Assembly (NCBI GenBank): GCA_048886185.1
Contig: JBHLKY010000011.1
Span: 120,001-152,000, forward strand
DNA length: 32,000 bases
Source of the DNA: Candidatus Hermodarchaeota archaeon
GTDB taxonomy: Archaea > Asgardarchaeota > Heimdallarchaeia > Hodarchaeales > Hodarchaeaceae
Direction: 5' to 3'
The translations under genes and the position numbers were made by a program. Positions 1 through 8,840 of this stretch are shown here, one piece after another. Each line of letters opens with the position of its first letter. The stretch's first letter is position 1. The notes below the pieces were generated by a model. That model was given only the letters and a program-made list of their open reading frames with translations, searched no databases and was not told the origin of the DNA.

Positions 1-2
1 AC

Positions 3-1169
3 AGCCACATTCAGTATTACATCACCTATAGGTCGCTTAGCAAGTTGTTGAATTACCAAAAATACCTTTTCAGAAGCATCATAGAGGTAGCTAAAGGATA
101 TCTGAGGAATTTCTTGATTTATTAACCGAGCTATCTCATCTTGATCCAACTTGACTTCAGTTACCTCTGAGAGGGAACCAGTTCTTGCTCTAAAACGGAG
201 GTACCATGAATCCATTTGGCGTAATATGATACAGACAGCTCCCCCAGATTGTTCAATCTCAAATTCTTTAACAGGAAGAGGGTGACCTTCATTTACAAAT
301 GACGTGACTTTTGATATAAATTTATCGAAATCTTCAGCCTTAGAATACTCAGACACATCTAAAGAAGACAAATCGACCATGACTATTTCATCTTCAGGTA
401 TTTCTACTGCTGAAGTAGAAGTCATATGTTCTTCAGTACCTATTCTCATTGGAGTTATTTCATCAGTTATATCGGTTTCTAGATGCTCTTCAGGATGCAA
501 AAGGATATTTTGAATAGTTTCAGCAGTTTCATAGATAGCTGAGAAAGACAAAAACTCTATTCCTGATCCACTTATCAATGCAACAAGATTATCTTCGTTG
601 ATATTTTCTTTAGCGAACTTTTTCCGAATTATGGGCGAATCATTCTGGAATAAAATTATTGCGTATTTGCCATCAACGGAATAATATACTCCAGCATAAC
701 CGCCTTTAGAATAAGGCATTTTAAACTTCTTTAACAGTTTATCACCATACTCAATTGAAATTCTTGCCTCAGGTTCAGTAACTACTGCTGCATCAGTTGA
801 TACTTCTTCAGTCAGTATTGGAGTCGGAGTTGGTTCAATTTCATCACGATCTATCGTGGATGGTTGTGAAATATCTTCCTCCATAACAATAATTTGTTGT
901 AATTCATCTTTAACAGTCTGTAGTAGCAATTCCGCAACATCAAAGATAGCAGAAAAACTGAAAAATTCTACACCTGCATCACTCAGTAAATCGACCATTT
1001 GGTCAATAGTTAATTGTGAGTGTGATATTGTACTAGTCTTAATAACACGCTCGTTTTGAAAAAAAGTGAAGACATATTCTTGTCTACTTAAGCTTTCCCG
1101 AATCTCACATTCAACGCCTGAAGTAGAGGGTAGCTCAAGCCTAATCTGTTTCTCTTCTCGAGTTGCCAT
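3..1169 (-). CDS. Hypothetical acidic protein (>389 aa, runs off the left edge) with three copies of a ~75-80 aa domain
   Basis: Not in the ORF track because no stop falls in the window. Manual translation from ATG at 1169 is open to base 3: MATREEKQIRLELPSTSGVEC...FFSFSAIFDVAELL...FLSFSAIYETAETI...ISFSYLYDASEKV...IGDVILNVA. Acidic P/T-rich linkers separate the repeats. Confidence 0.9.
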   Translation of the reverse strand, partial: MATREEKQIRLELPSTSGVECEIRESLSRQEYVFTFFQNERVIKTSTISHSQLTIDQMVDLLSDAGVEFFSFSAIFDVAELLLQTVKDELQQIIVMEEDISQPSTIDRDEIEPTPTPILTEEVSTDAAVVTEPEARISIEYGDKLLKKFKMPYSKGGYAGVYYSVDGKYAIILFQNDSPIIRKKFAKENINEDNLVALISGSGIEFLSFSAIYETAETIQNILLHPEEHLETDITDEITPMRIGTEEHMTSTSAVEIPEDEIVMVDLSSLDVSEYSKAEDFDKFISKVTSFVNEGHPLPVKEFEIEQSGGAVCIILRQMDSWYLRFRARTGSLSEVTEVKLDQDEIARLINQEIPQISFSYLYDASEKVFLVIQQLAKRPIGDVILNVA

Positions 1170-1713
1170 CTAATATCCCTTGGAAATGGTGATTGGTTTC
1201 TAGATACCAATACAAGTGAAAATGTAAAAAAACTATTCTCTAAACGCTCTTTCTACTCATTATTACTTCACACATTCCCGTTCTAAAAGTTTTCCAATTT
1301 CAGTGAAAAGAACCAAAAGGATTGAAAAGAATTTATTCCAAGAAAATACCTATTAAATTATTCGCTGCTTAAGAAATCTTGAATCAAAGCACCCAAAATT
1401 TTCTGATAATCATCTTCTGGGGAAAATCAGTTGAATGACTTCTAGAAAATATTCAGAGATTTTTTGCTGCATATTGATTCGGAATAACTTTAATTTACAG
1501 TTAATAAAATTCTCATATTTCCAGAATTTTACAGCTTATTGAACTATAAGAATACTTAGATTAGTTAAAAAAGGTGTAATCTCTTGAAAGGAGAGGACAA
1601 GATGAAAGCTTATATGTTAGCTATTTTTTAATGATTACACGTGAAATTTTCTCTTTTCTTTTTCATTTTTAATGTAAGTGGTCATATAACGAACCCAGGA
1701 TAATACAATCTTA

Positions 1714-2964
1714 TTAACATATTGATTTTTCAACATAGATTTGCACAAGATTCACAATTGTTTCAACAGCTTTCTCCATGGCAATAACAGGAATGAATTC
1801 TTTTTTACTATGAAAATTAATAGAACCAGCAAAGATATTAGGTGTAGGAAGTCCCAAATAACTCAAACGTGCACCATCCGTACCACCACGGACTGGTTTT
1901 CGGATCACTTCTACTCCAGTACGTTTGATCGCTTCTTCTGCATATTCAACTACATGAGGAACTTTATCAAGCTGATATTTCATGTTCCTATATTGTTCCT
2001 TAAGATTTAAATCAATCTTTGCTTTAGGATATCTCTCTTGTGTGTGTTTTACTATTTTTTCTATCTTTTGAATTTTGTTTTGAAGTTCATCGAAATCGAA
2101 ATCACGAAGAATGAAACGTACCTTGGCTTCATTCACAGATCCATTAGCTTCATATACATGGTAGTATCCTTCCATCTTTTCTGTTGTTTCAGGAGCTTGA
2201 TCTTGAGGAAAATATGAAAGAATTTCACCCATTATGCGTATAGCATTTACCATTTTGTCTTTAGCGTAACCAGGATGAAAATTGAATCCTAGGATTGTAA
2301 TGGTACCACCAGCAGCATTGAAAGTCTCTGATTCCAATACTCCCATTTCATCACCATCTAGAGTATATCCAATATCTGCACCAAGGGATTCAACATCCAG
2401 AGCGTCAACACCATGACCCACTTCTTCATCAGGGGTAAATACTATTTTGATGATACCATGTTTAATAGTTGGATCAGCAATTAAGGTTGCCACAAAAGTC
2501 ATTATAGCAGCAATTCCTGCCTTGTCATCTCCACCCAGTAAGGTTGTTCCATCAGATGTGACAATATCACTTCCAATAAATCTATTCAAACTAGGTGTTT
2601 CTTGAGGTGAAATTACAAGATTAGGATTACCTGGAAGGGAAATATCTCCACCATTATATTTTCTAATGATTTGTGGTTTTACATTTTTCCCCTGTTCCTC
2701 GGGAGATGTATCCATATGTGCCAAGAAGCATAAAATAGGGATTTTCTCAGTCAATTCATCTGAGAGATTAGAAGGAATTGTAGCTATCACGTAACAATGT
2801 TCAGTTAAGATGACATCCGTCAAACCAAAGTCCTTTAATTCCTCAACTAATAGATAAGCTAAGTCAAATTGATGCTTTGTACTTGGAATTTTATTTATAT
2901 CTTCTTTACTTGAGGTATGAACTTTCACGTATCGTAAAAACCTGTCTAATAATTTATTTGGCAT
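1714..2964 (-). CDS. pepT: Peptidase T (tripeptide aminopeptidase, M20B)
   Basis: Motifs LLDRFLRYVKVHT, LAHMDTS, GTTLLGGDDKAG, FTPDEEVGHG, YTLDG, HPGYAKDKMVNA, RGGTDG, NFHSKKEF. Confidence 0.96.
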   Translation of the reverse strand: MPNKLLDRFLRYVKVHTSSKEDINKIPSTKHQFDLAYLLVEELKDFGLTDVILTEHCYVIATIPSNLSDELTEKIPILCFLAHMDTSPEEQGKNVKPQIIRKYNGGDISLPGNPNLVISPQETPSLNRFIGSDIVTSDGTTLLGGDDKAGIAAIMTFVATLIADPTIKHGIIKIVFTPDEEVGHGVDALDVESLGADIGYTLDGDEMGVLESETFNAAGGTITILGFNFHPGYAKDKMVNAIRIMGEILSYFPQDQAPETTEKMEGYYHVYEANGSVNEAKVRFILRDFDFDELQNKIQKIEKIVKHTQERYPKAKIDLNLKEQYRNMKYQLDKVPHVVEYAEEAIKRTGVEVIRKPVRGGTDGARLSYLGLPTPNIFAGSINFHSKKEFIPVIAMEKAVETIVNLVQIYVEKSIC

Positions 2965-3096
2965 AGATACACCAATTTTTCAAATAATTTGCTATAATTA
3001 AAGATTTTATGTATGTTATCAAAATTCAAGGAAAAGTTTTAGTGAAATTCATTAATACACCTGTTTTCAAAGCCTTCATCTAGAAAAAAACATGAA

Positions 3097-4554
3097 GTGA
3101 GAAGATTGGAAGATTTGTTACAGTATGCCATTGAGTTAGGGAAAAGTGGAGAATATCTAGATGTTCGATTAGAATCCTTTCAGAATGTCATAGTTAGATC
3201 AATTAATGAAGAAATATCTAAAGCATTTACATATACAAAAAAAGGAATTGGGATCCGAGTTTTATCAAATGGTGCCTGGGGCTTTGCCAGTTCTCAAGAT
3301 TTAGGTAAAGAAGCTATTCGTAAAACCATCGGAATAGCCCGAAAAATGGCAAAAATCGAGTCGAACCATACAAAAACTCCTATTCAATTAGCTGAAATTC
3401 CAATAACGGAAGATCGCGTCGAGGTCAGCTGTGATATTGATTTCAGGGAGATTCCTCTTGATGAGAAGGTCAAGGAAATACTAAAATGGCATAAAGAAAT
3501 TCATTCATCAGAGGATATACTAAGAACGATTGTTGATTATGCCACGATTTCAGCGAGAAAATTTTTCTGGAGTAGCGAAGGAACAAAAATAGAATTTACT
3601 AGACCGATAATCAATGTAAACCTAGGAGCTGTAGCTAAGGGACCATCTGGAGTACGAGCGTATTATCAACCATGGGGTGGAACCACAGCAGATGTGGGAG
3701 GAACAGGTGGGCACGAAATACTTGGTAAGAATGGGGATTTAACTGAAACCTGCCGGAAAACAGGAGAAAAAGCTATTAATTTAGCAAATGCTAAACCTGC
3801 ACCAACAATTCGAAATATACCAATTGTATTCGATCCTTCCTATATGGCATTACTTGTGCACGAAATTGTTGGACATCCTTCTGAAGCTGATCGAGTTCTA
3901 GGGTGGGAAACAGCTTGGGCTGGAAGCACTTGGTGGAAAGGAATGAGTAAGGACGAAGGGAATCCTACACAAATCGGATCAAAGTATGTTACAGTGTTCA
4001 ACGATCCTACCATACCAAAAAATTTTGCTTATATGTTATATGATGATGAGGGAACTCCATGTAAAAGAACAACTTTGATTAAGGAAGGAGTCCTCACTGA
4101 ACGTATGCATTCTAGAGAAACTGCATCCATTATGGGTGTTGAGCCTAATGGCGCAATGAGGGCGAATACTTATGAATATCATCCAATCATTCGTCAAATA
4201 AATGTGTATTGGGACACTGGGGATTGGAAAGCGGATGAAATTATTGAAGATACAAAAGAGGGGGTTTATCTTCGAGGAGCAAATATACCTTCCATAGACG
4301 ATCAGCGATTTAACTGGGCAATCTCAAGCCAAGAAGGTTTCTTGATTAAAAACGGAGAATTAACTGACCAGCTATATTCATGTACCGCTACCGCCACTAC
4401 TCCAGCATTTCTGCAAAGTATTGATGCGCTTGCTGATGATCAGTTACTTTTCTGGTCTGGTTGCGGAAAAGGAGACCCAATGCAAGGCGGGACTGTTTCT
4501 AATGGTGGGCCAACGATGCGAGGAATCGCAACATTAAAAGGGCCAGGCAGCTGA
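3097..4554 (+). CDS. tldD: TldD-family metalloprotease (catalytic subunit)
   Basis: N-terminal YLDVR/GIGIRVLSNGAWGFAS, metal motif HEIVGHPSEADR, YDDEGTP, C-terminal CGKGDPMQ...GGP. GTG start. Confidence 0.92.
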   Translation: MRRLEDLLQYAIELGKSGEYLDVRLESFQNVIVRSINEEISKAFTYTKKGIGIRVLSNGAWGFASSQDLGKEAIRKTIGIARKMAKIESNHTKTPIQLAEIPITEDRVEVSCDIDFREIPLDEKVKEILKWHKEIHSSEDILRTIVDYATISARKFFWSSEGTKIEFTRPIINVNLGAVAKGPSGVRAYYQPWGGTTADVGGTGGHEILGKNGDLTETCRKTGEKAINLANAKPAPTIRNIPIVFDPSYMALLVHEIVGHPSEADRVLGWETAWAGSTWWKGMSKDEGNPTQIGSKYVTVFNDPTIPKNFAYMLYDDEGTPCKRTTLIKEGVLTERMHSRETASIMGVEPNGAMRANTYEYHPIIRQINVYWDTGDWKADEIIEDTKEGVYLRGANIPSIDDQRFNWAISSQEGFLIKNGELTDQLYSCTATATTPAFLQSIDALADDQLLFWSGCGKGDPMQGGTVSNGGPTMRGIATLKGPGS

Positions 4555-4560
4555 TAACAA

Positions 4561-4565
4561 GGAGG
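4561..4565 (+). promoter_or_regulatory. Shine-Dalgarno site (GGAGG) for pmbA
   Basis: GGAGG 7 nt upstream of ATG at 4573, within the tldD-pmbA junction. Confidence 0.75.
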
Positions 4566-4572
4566 TTAATGG

Positions 4573-5973
4573 ATGCAAGATTATTCAGAAAGATTGGAAT
4601 ATGCATTAACAAAAGCAAAAAACAAAGACAATATTGTTCATGCTGAAGTATTCTTAGGCGCTAATTGTCTTTTAACTATTCGTTCTGCAGTAGGAAAGAT
4701 TCTCGAGAGTAAAGTAATTCAAGATGCAGGAATTGGGATACGTATCTTAACGAAAAACCAAGGACTAGGATTCTCTTCAACTTGTGATTTCACTGATAGA
4801 TCAATTTATAATGCTATTGAAGAAGCTCAGGCGCTTTCAAAATATCGAAAGGTATCTCCTGACTTCTCTTTCCCCTGCCCCCAGAAAACTACTCGATTGA
4901 ATAAATTTTACGATAATAAACTTGTTGAAATGATTTTCTCTTATGGAGATATTAATGAGCAAGTAAACCAAATGATAAAGGAAACCTTGGAAAAAAATCC
5001 AGCAATAAAAGAGGTGGCTGGACCAACTCATTTAGTAGAATACTCTAAACATATAATGAATACAAATGACGTAGATGTATTGGAAAAGGGTACCTATTGG
5101 AATATGGAACTACTCGCTGTTGCAGAATCATCTACCGACAGGCGAGAAGGATCCGATTCATCTGCAGGATGGAAAATAAGTGAAATAAATACCCAAACAC
5201 TTTCTGATCATGCGTCAGACATGGCGGTACGCAGTCTTAATGGAAAAAAAATCGATGCTGGCTTATATGAATTAATCCTAAGTGAAATGTCAGTATCGAC
5301 TTTCTTAGGTTGGTTAGTAATCCTGACTTATCCGCAAAATCAGGAGCGAAACATGCCTCTCTTGAAGGATAAAATTGGAGAACAAATCGCTTCACCATTG
5401 ATGACGCTTGGAAATGATCCATTACGTGTACCTTCTCCAGTGTCAGGAGCATATGATGACGAGGGAATACCAACCAAAGATGTTATACTGATTAAAGATG
5501 GTGTGTTTAAAGAAATACCACTAGATACATCCTATGCTACCCAATTACAAACTGTTTCAAATGGATCTGGGTACCGATTTTCAGCAGCTTCAGGAATGAC
5601 TGCTTATCCAGGTCAACTATATCAAAGCGAACCGTTACCTCTTCTTCCCTCAATCTATATGGAGGAAGGAAAAAGCAAGATTGAAGAAATGATTGCAGAA
5701 ATTAAAAAAGGAATTTACCTTGATTTCTTGCACTATGCTTATGTTACAAATGGTGGAACTGGGGATTACACAGGTATATTAAGACAAGGAACATTTTTGA
5801 TCGAAAATGGTGAGATTAAACACCCGATCCAGAAATGCAGACTTTTAGACAATATCTTAGAGATGGCAAAAAACATAGAAATGGTCGGGCCTAATCGTAT
5901 GTCTGGTCATTGGAGAGATATGGCATTGGTGCCTCCTGTAAAGATAGCTAAAGTAAACATTACTCCCTATTAA
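4573..5973 (+). CDS. pmbA: PmbA/TldE-family protein (non-catalytic partner)
   Basis: GIGIRI..GLGFSS, YDDEGIPT, G.FLIENGEIKHP; no HExxxH motif. Lies 18 bp after tldD with GGAGG upstream. Confidence 0.9.
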   Translation: MQDYSERLEYALTKAKNKDNIVHAEVFLGANCLLTIRSAVGKILESKVIQDAGIGIRILTKNQGLGFSSTCDFTDRSIYNAIEEAQALSKYRKVSPDFSFPCPQKTTRLNKFYDNKLVEMIFSYGDINEQVNQMIKETLEKNPAIKEVAGPTHLVEYSKHIMNTNDVDVLEKGTYWNMELLAVAESSTDRREGSDSSAGWKISEINTQTLSDHASDMAVRSLNGKKIDAGLYELILSEMSVSTFLGWLVILTYPQNQERNMPLLKDKIGEQIASPLMTLGNDPLRVPSPVSGAYDDEGIPTKDVILIKDGVFKEIPLDTSYATQLQTVSNGSGYRFSAASGMTAYPGQLYQSEPLPLLPSIYMEEGKSKIEEMIAEIKKGIYLDFLHYAYVTNGGTGDYTGILRQGTFLIENGEIKHPIQKCRLLDNILEMAKNIEMVGPNRMSGHWRDMALVPPVKIAKVNITPY

Positions 5974-5987
5974 TTTCAAAGGTAAAA

Positions 5988-6010
5988 TGGAAAAAGAAAA
6001 GGAAAAAGAT
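5988..6010 (-). terminator. Oligo-T tract, likely archaeal terminator of the AIM24 gene
   Basis: Minus strand reads tctttttccttttctttttcc just after the stop at 6021. Confidence 0.45.
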
Positions 6011-6020
6011 ATTCTGTTGC

Positions 6021-6740
6021 TTAACCCCGTGTGACTGGTATATATGGCGCAAGTAACGAAGCCAATAAACCAATTTCACGATTTTGGGTATACACAACAC
6101 CTGGGCCAGTATACCGAATTACAATCCCCTCTCCGCCAAGGAAGAAGCTTTTTCTTCCACCAACTTTTGAAGCTCGATGTTGCATATTGCTTTGGAATGC
6201 CATCATCACTCCGTTGTCACAAACAAACTCTTGCCCTGGAGCTAGTTCATGACGCTCAATATATCCATATCCACCCATCCATACATCACCATCACCTTCA
6301 GCCATGATTTTAGTCAGTACAAGGCCTTCCCCACCGAGCACACTCTTAAATCCACCCAGTTTTGACGTAACAGCGATACTCGTTGTTCCACAGATGTAAG
6401 CATCTCTACTTAAAGTCCATTCCTCGCCTTTATCAAGGTGGAGATGTACAATATCGCCAGGAGCACCATGTGCAAAGGCAACCATGCCAGGAGGTGCACC
6501 ATCAGGGAGAGAAAAGAAGTTTTGAAACATCGATTCGCCAGAAAATTTTCTTTTCAAACCACGCATGATTCCACCAGCTGATCTAGTTTCCATATGTATA
6601 TGACCATCCATATAGACCATAGCTCCACCCTCAGCTCGTACTTGCTGACCAGGTTGATCTAAATAGATTCTTACTACAGAGAAGGCAGGACTACCAACGA
6701 TTTCATATTTCAAGAATGATCTATCTTTTTCTGCTGACAT
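6021..6740 (-). CDS. AIM24/TIGR00266 family protein
   Basis: AEGGAMVYMD, GGIMRGLKRKFSGESMFQN, GGEGLV, VDNG-like CDNG, GPGVVYTQNR. Confidence 0.92.
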   Translation of the reverse strand: MSAEKDRSFLKYEIVGSPAFSVVRIYLDQPGQQVRAEGGAMVYMDGHIHMETRSAGGIMRGLKRKFSGESMFQNFFSLPDGAPPGMVAFAHGAPGDIVHLHLDKGEEWTLSRDAYICGTTSIAVTSKLGGFKSVLGGEGLVLTKIMAEGDGDVWMGGYGYIERHELAPGQEFVCDNGVMMAFQSNMQHRASKVGGRKSFFLGGEGIVIRYTGPGVVYTQNREIGLLASLLAPYIPVTRG

Positions 6741-6849
6741 ATTTTCATCTCTTACCGATTAGTTTTCTAAACGAGAATATTAAAATCTCAGTAGAAAGTT
6801 TGATTTTTAAAATATAAACATACCAGACTGATATCAGTTTCTTTTTATG

Positions 6850-6862
6850 CAAAAAAGAAGGA
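6850..6862 (-). terminator. Oligo-T tract, possible terminator of the ARPP-1/wHTH/vWA operon
   Basis: Minus strand ccttctttttt about 35 nt after the vWA stop. Confidence 0.4.
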
Positions 6863-6891
6863 GGTTTACGAAATATCAAGAGGTTTTCTAG

Positions 6892-8169
6892 TTAAAAAGA
6901 TCGCCTTTTTCGTAGATCATACATTACAGAACGTAATTTCTTCCGAGATCCTTTGGTGTACCTTTCTTCACTCAACACGTTGGATAATATCTGAATATTC
7001 TGTTCTTGTAAATTCTTAAGGCTTACTGATCCCCCAGTTTGAGAAATCTGCGAATCAAGCTTTTCTTGAAACTTGTGCATGGTTCTTTGAGCTCCAGAAA
7101 AATCTCCCCGATCGGCCATCTCCATAGCTTCATATTGGACAAACGCAGCTTCTAATAGATACACATTCTCTAGGACTTGCTCATTTTCTGTAGCTAATAG
7201 CTGCTCATCTGTAGTATAACTAATGGTACAGGGAATAGTCGTATGAATTGGTTGTGTTGACCCACTTCGAGAAACCCAATGGACATTAAAAGTCATCGCT
7301 TCGATTTCATGATTCTCTGATGAGGGAATGGTAACATCTAGAATAATTAATAATTCATTCCCACTTCTGAGATCACCTACTTTTGTACTATCCGATAAAC
7401 GGTCTTCATAAGGAACTCCAAGTGCTCTTCGGATATGGACACCTTCTGCTTTATGCCATTCAACCTCAATATTATAAGCTGCAGTCGCTAAGAGACCCTG
7501 AAATTCTTTTTCAATGAATTTAGGGATGTCATCCGCTGTTTCTATGAAGTAGAATGATCCACCAGCAGCATCAGCAATATTAACAAGGAGATCCTCATCA
7601 AAATCGTCACCCACTCCGAACGTACTAATACTAATCCCACCCTCATAAATATTGGTTGCATAACCACAAATGCGGTCATGATCAGTGATACCCTCATTAG
7701 CAAGGCCATCTGAAAGAAGTAATAGTACATTACGATACTCTAAATGTTTGGCACCATCAACTTGCTTTGCTCCCTCTACTAGCCCTGAGTGAAGATTGGT
7801 ACGCCCCCGACTACGAATTGAACGGAGTCGGTTAATAATTGAAGCAGGATCGGTTAAATTAGCCGAGGGGAGAACTGTGTCAACACGATGATCGTATATT
7901 GTTAAAGCAAATACATCCTCCTGAGAAAGATTATTTACCACAAATTCGACCGCTTCCTTGGCTTTTTGAAGTTTGGATCCATGCATGCTCCCAGAACGAT
8001 CAAGAACGACTCCTAAATTCAAATTAGTTCTAGGGATAGCGGTTGAGATCTCCTGAGCTGTTAACTTTAGTTGGATGTAAAGATGAGTTTCACCAGTAGC
8101 TAAAGCATAAGGTGAACTAGGGATTACTTCCATTTTAATGTCTTCAATTTCTTCAATTGGCATATTCAT
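6892..8169 (-). CDS. von Willebrand factor A domain protein (YfbK/CLCA-like) with intact MIDAS
   Basis: NLNLGVVLDRSGSM (DxSxS), GRTNL (T), LLLLSDGLANEG (D), ISTFGVGDDFDEDLL..IA..AGG.FYFI, followed by a beta-rich domain and a helical tail (EAMEMADRGDFSGA). Confidence 0.93.
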   Translation of the reverse strand: MNMPIEEIEDIKMEVIPSSPYALATGETHLYIQLKLTAQEISTAIPRTNLNLGVVLDRSGSMHGSKLQKAKEAVEFVVNNLSQEDVFALTIYDHRVDTVLPSANLTDPASIINRLRSIRSRGRTNLHSGLVEGAKQVDGAKHLEYRNVLLLLSDGLANEGITDHDRICGYATNIYEGGISISTFGVGDDFDEDLLVNIADAAGGSFYFIETADDIPKFIEKEFQGLLATAAYNIEVEWHKAEGVHIRRALGVPYEDRLSDSTKVGDLRSGNELLIILDVTIPSSENHEIEAMTFNVHWVSRSGSTQPIHTTIPCTISYTTDEQLLATENEQVLENVYLLEAAFVQYEAMEMADRGDFSGAQRTMHKFQEKLDSQISQTGGSVSLKNLQEQNIQILSNVLSEERYTKGSRKKLRSVMYDLRKRRSF

Positions 8170-8174
8170 CCCTT

Positions 8175-8825
8175 CTACTTTGTTTGTTCTTCCTCCAATT
8201 TGGCTTGCATCATATATACCTTCTCTCCCTTCTTTGTAATTCTAAGACGCTTCTTTGGTCGTCCTGGTCGTTTTAGTGATCTAATTGGGCCTTTAGGTTC
8301 AGCCTTCGCTTGTTCTATCAAACCTAGATTAATTAATTTCTTCAATCCTACATTAATAGTAGTAGGCGAAAGGAGAGCCTTTTCCTGAAGCTCAATAACA
8401 TTCGCATCTTTGTGTTGTTTAATTTGATGGAGAAGAGCACGATGCGATCGTTTAAGCTCTGTTATTTCAGGGTGTTGAAGAAGTTCTCGATCAAGCATGT
8501 CCATGGCTTGTTGGGTAAGAGAAAATTGATTAGAACCAGGTGGTTCGCGAATAATGAAACCAGCTAGCTCTAATTCTTTTAATCTCCTGTAGATAGTAGC
8601 GGTTGTTGGAAATATTACAGAAGATTCAGAATGATAATTTCCTTTCTGTTTTCGTTTCTGGACTACTTTTTCGTATTCCTTTCTTTGTTCTATGAAGTGC
8701 CTGTTGATTTCAACACTAGTTTTTTTAGGATTTTTCCGAAGAAATTTTAGGATTTCTTCGGTCCCTTTTGAAGCTAGTAAATCTAACATTGTTGTAAACC
8801 CATTAGTGCTATTCTGATTCTTCAA
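8175..8825 (-). CDS. Double winged-helix DNA-binding protein
   Basis: wHTH1: LLASKGTEEILKFL...TATIYRRLKELELAGFIIR...FSLT. wHTH2: ALLHQIK..ANVIELQEKALLSPTTINVGLKKLINLGLI...RPGRPKKRLRITKKG. Gaps of 5 and 15 bp to neighbouring genes. Confidence 0.82.
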   Translation of the reverse strand: MKNQNSTNGFTTMLDLLASKGTEEILKFLRKNPKKTSVEINRHFIEQRKEYEKVVQKRKQKGNYHSESSVIFPTTATIYRRLKELELAGFIIREPPGSNQFSLTQQAMDMLDRELLQHPEITELKRSHRALLHQIKQHKDANVIELQEKALLSPTTINVGLKKLINLGLIEQAKAEPKGPIRSLKRPGRPKKRLRITKKGEKVYMMQAKLEEEQTK

Positions 8826-8840
8826 AATCCTGTTCGAGCG

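Noticed and set aside
304-1059. Plus-strand ORFs 304-513 and 856-1059
   Set aside because: They are antisense shadows (Ser/Ile-rich) of the real minus-strand gene at 3-1169.
1566-1580. aaaaaaggtgtaat, partially similar to the 17-bp operator repeat
   Set aside because: Only a short AT-rich partial match, expected by chance in this composition.
4552-4557. TGA ending tldD as possible selenocysteine
   Set aside because: It is immediately followed by in-frame TAA, lies at the normal TldD C-terminus, and no SECIS-like element was recognised.
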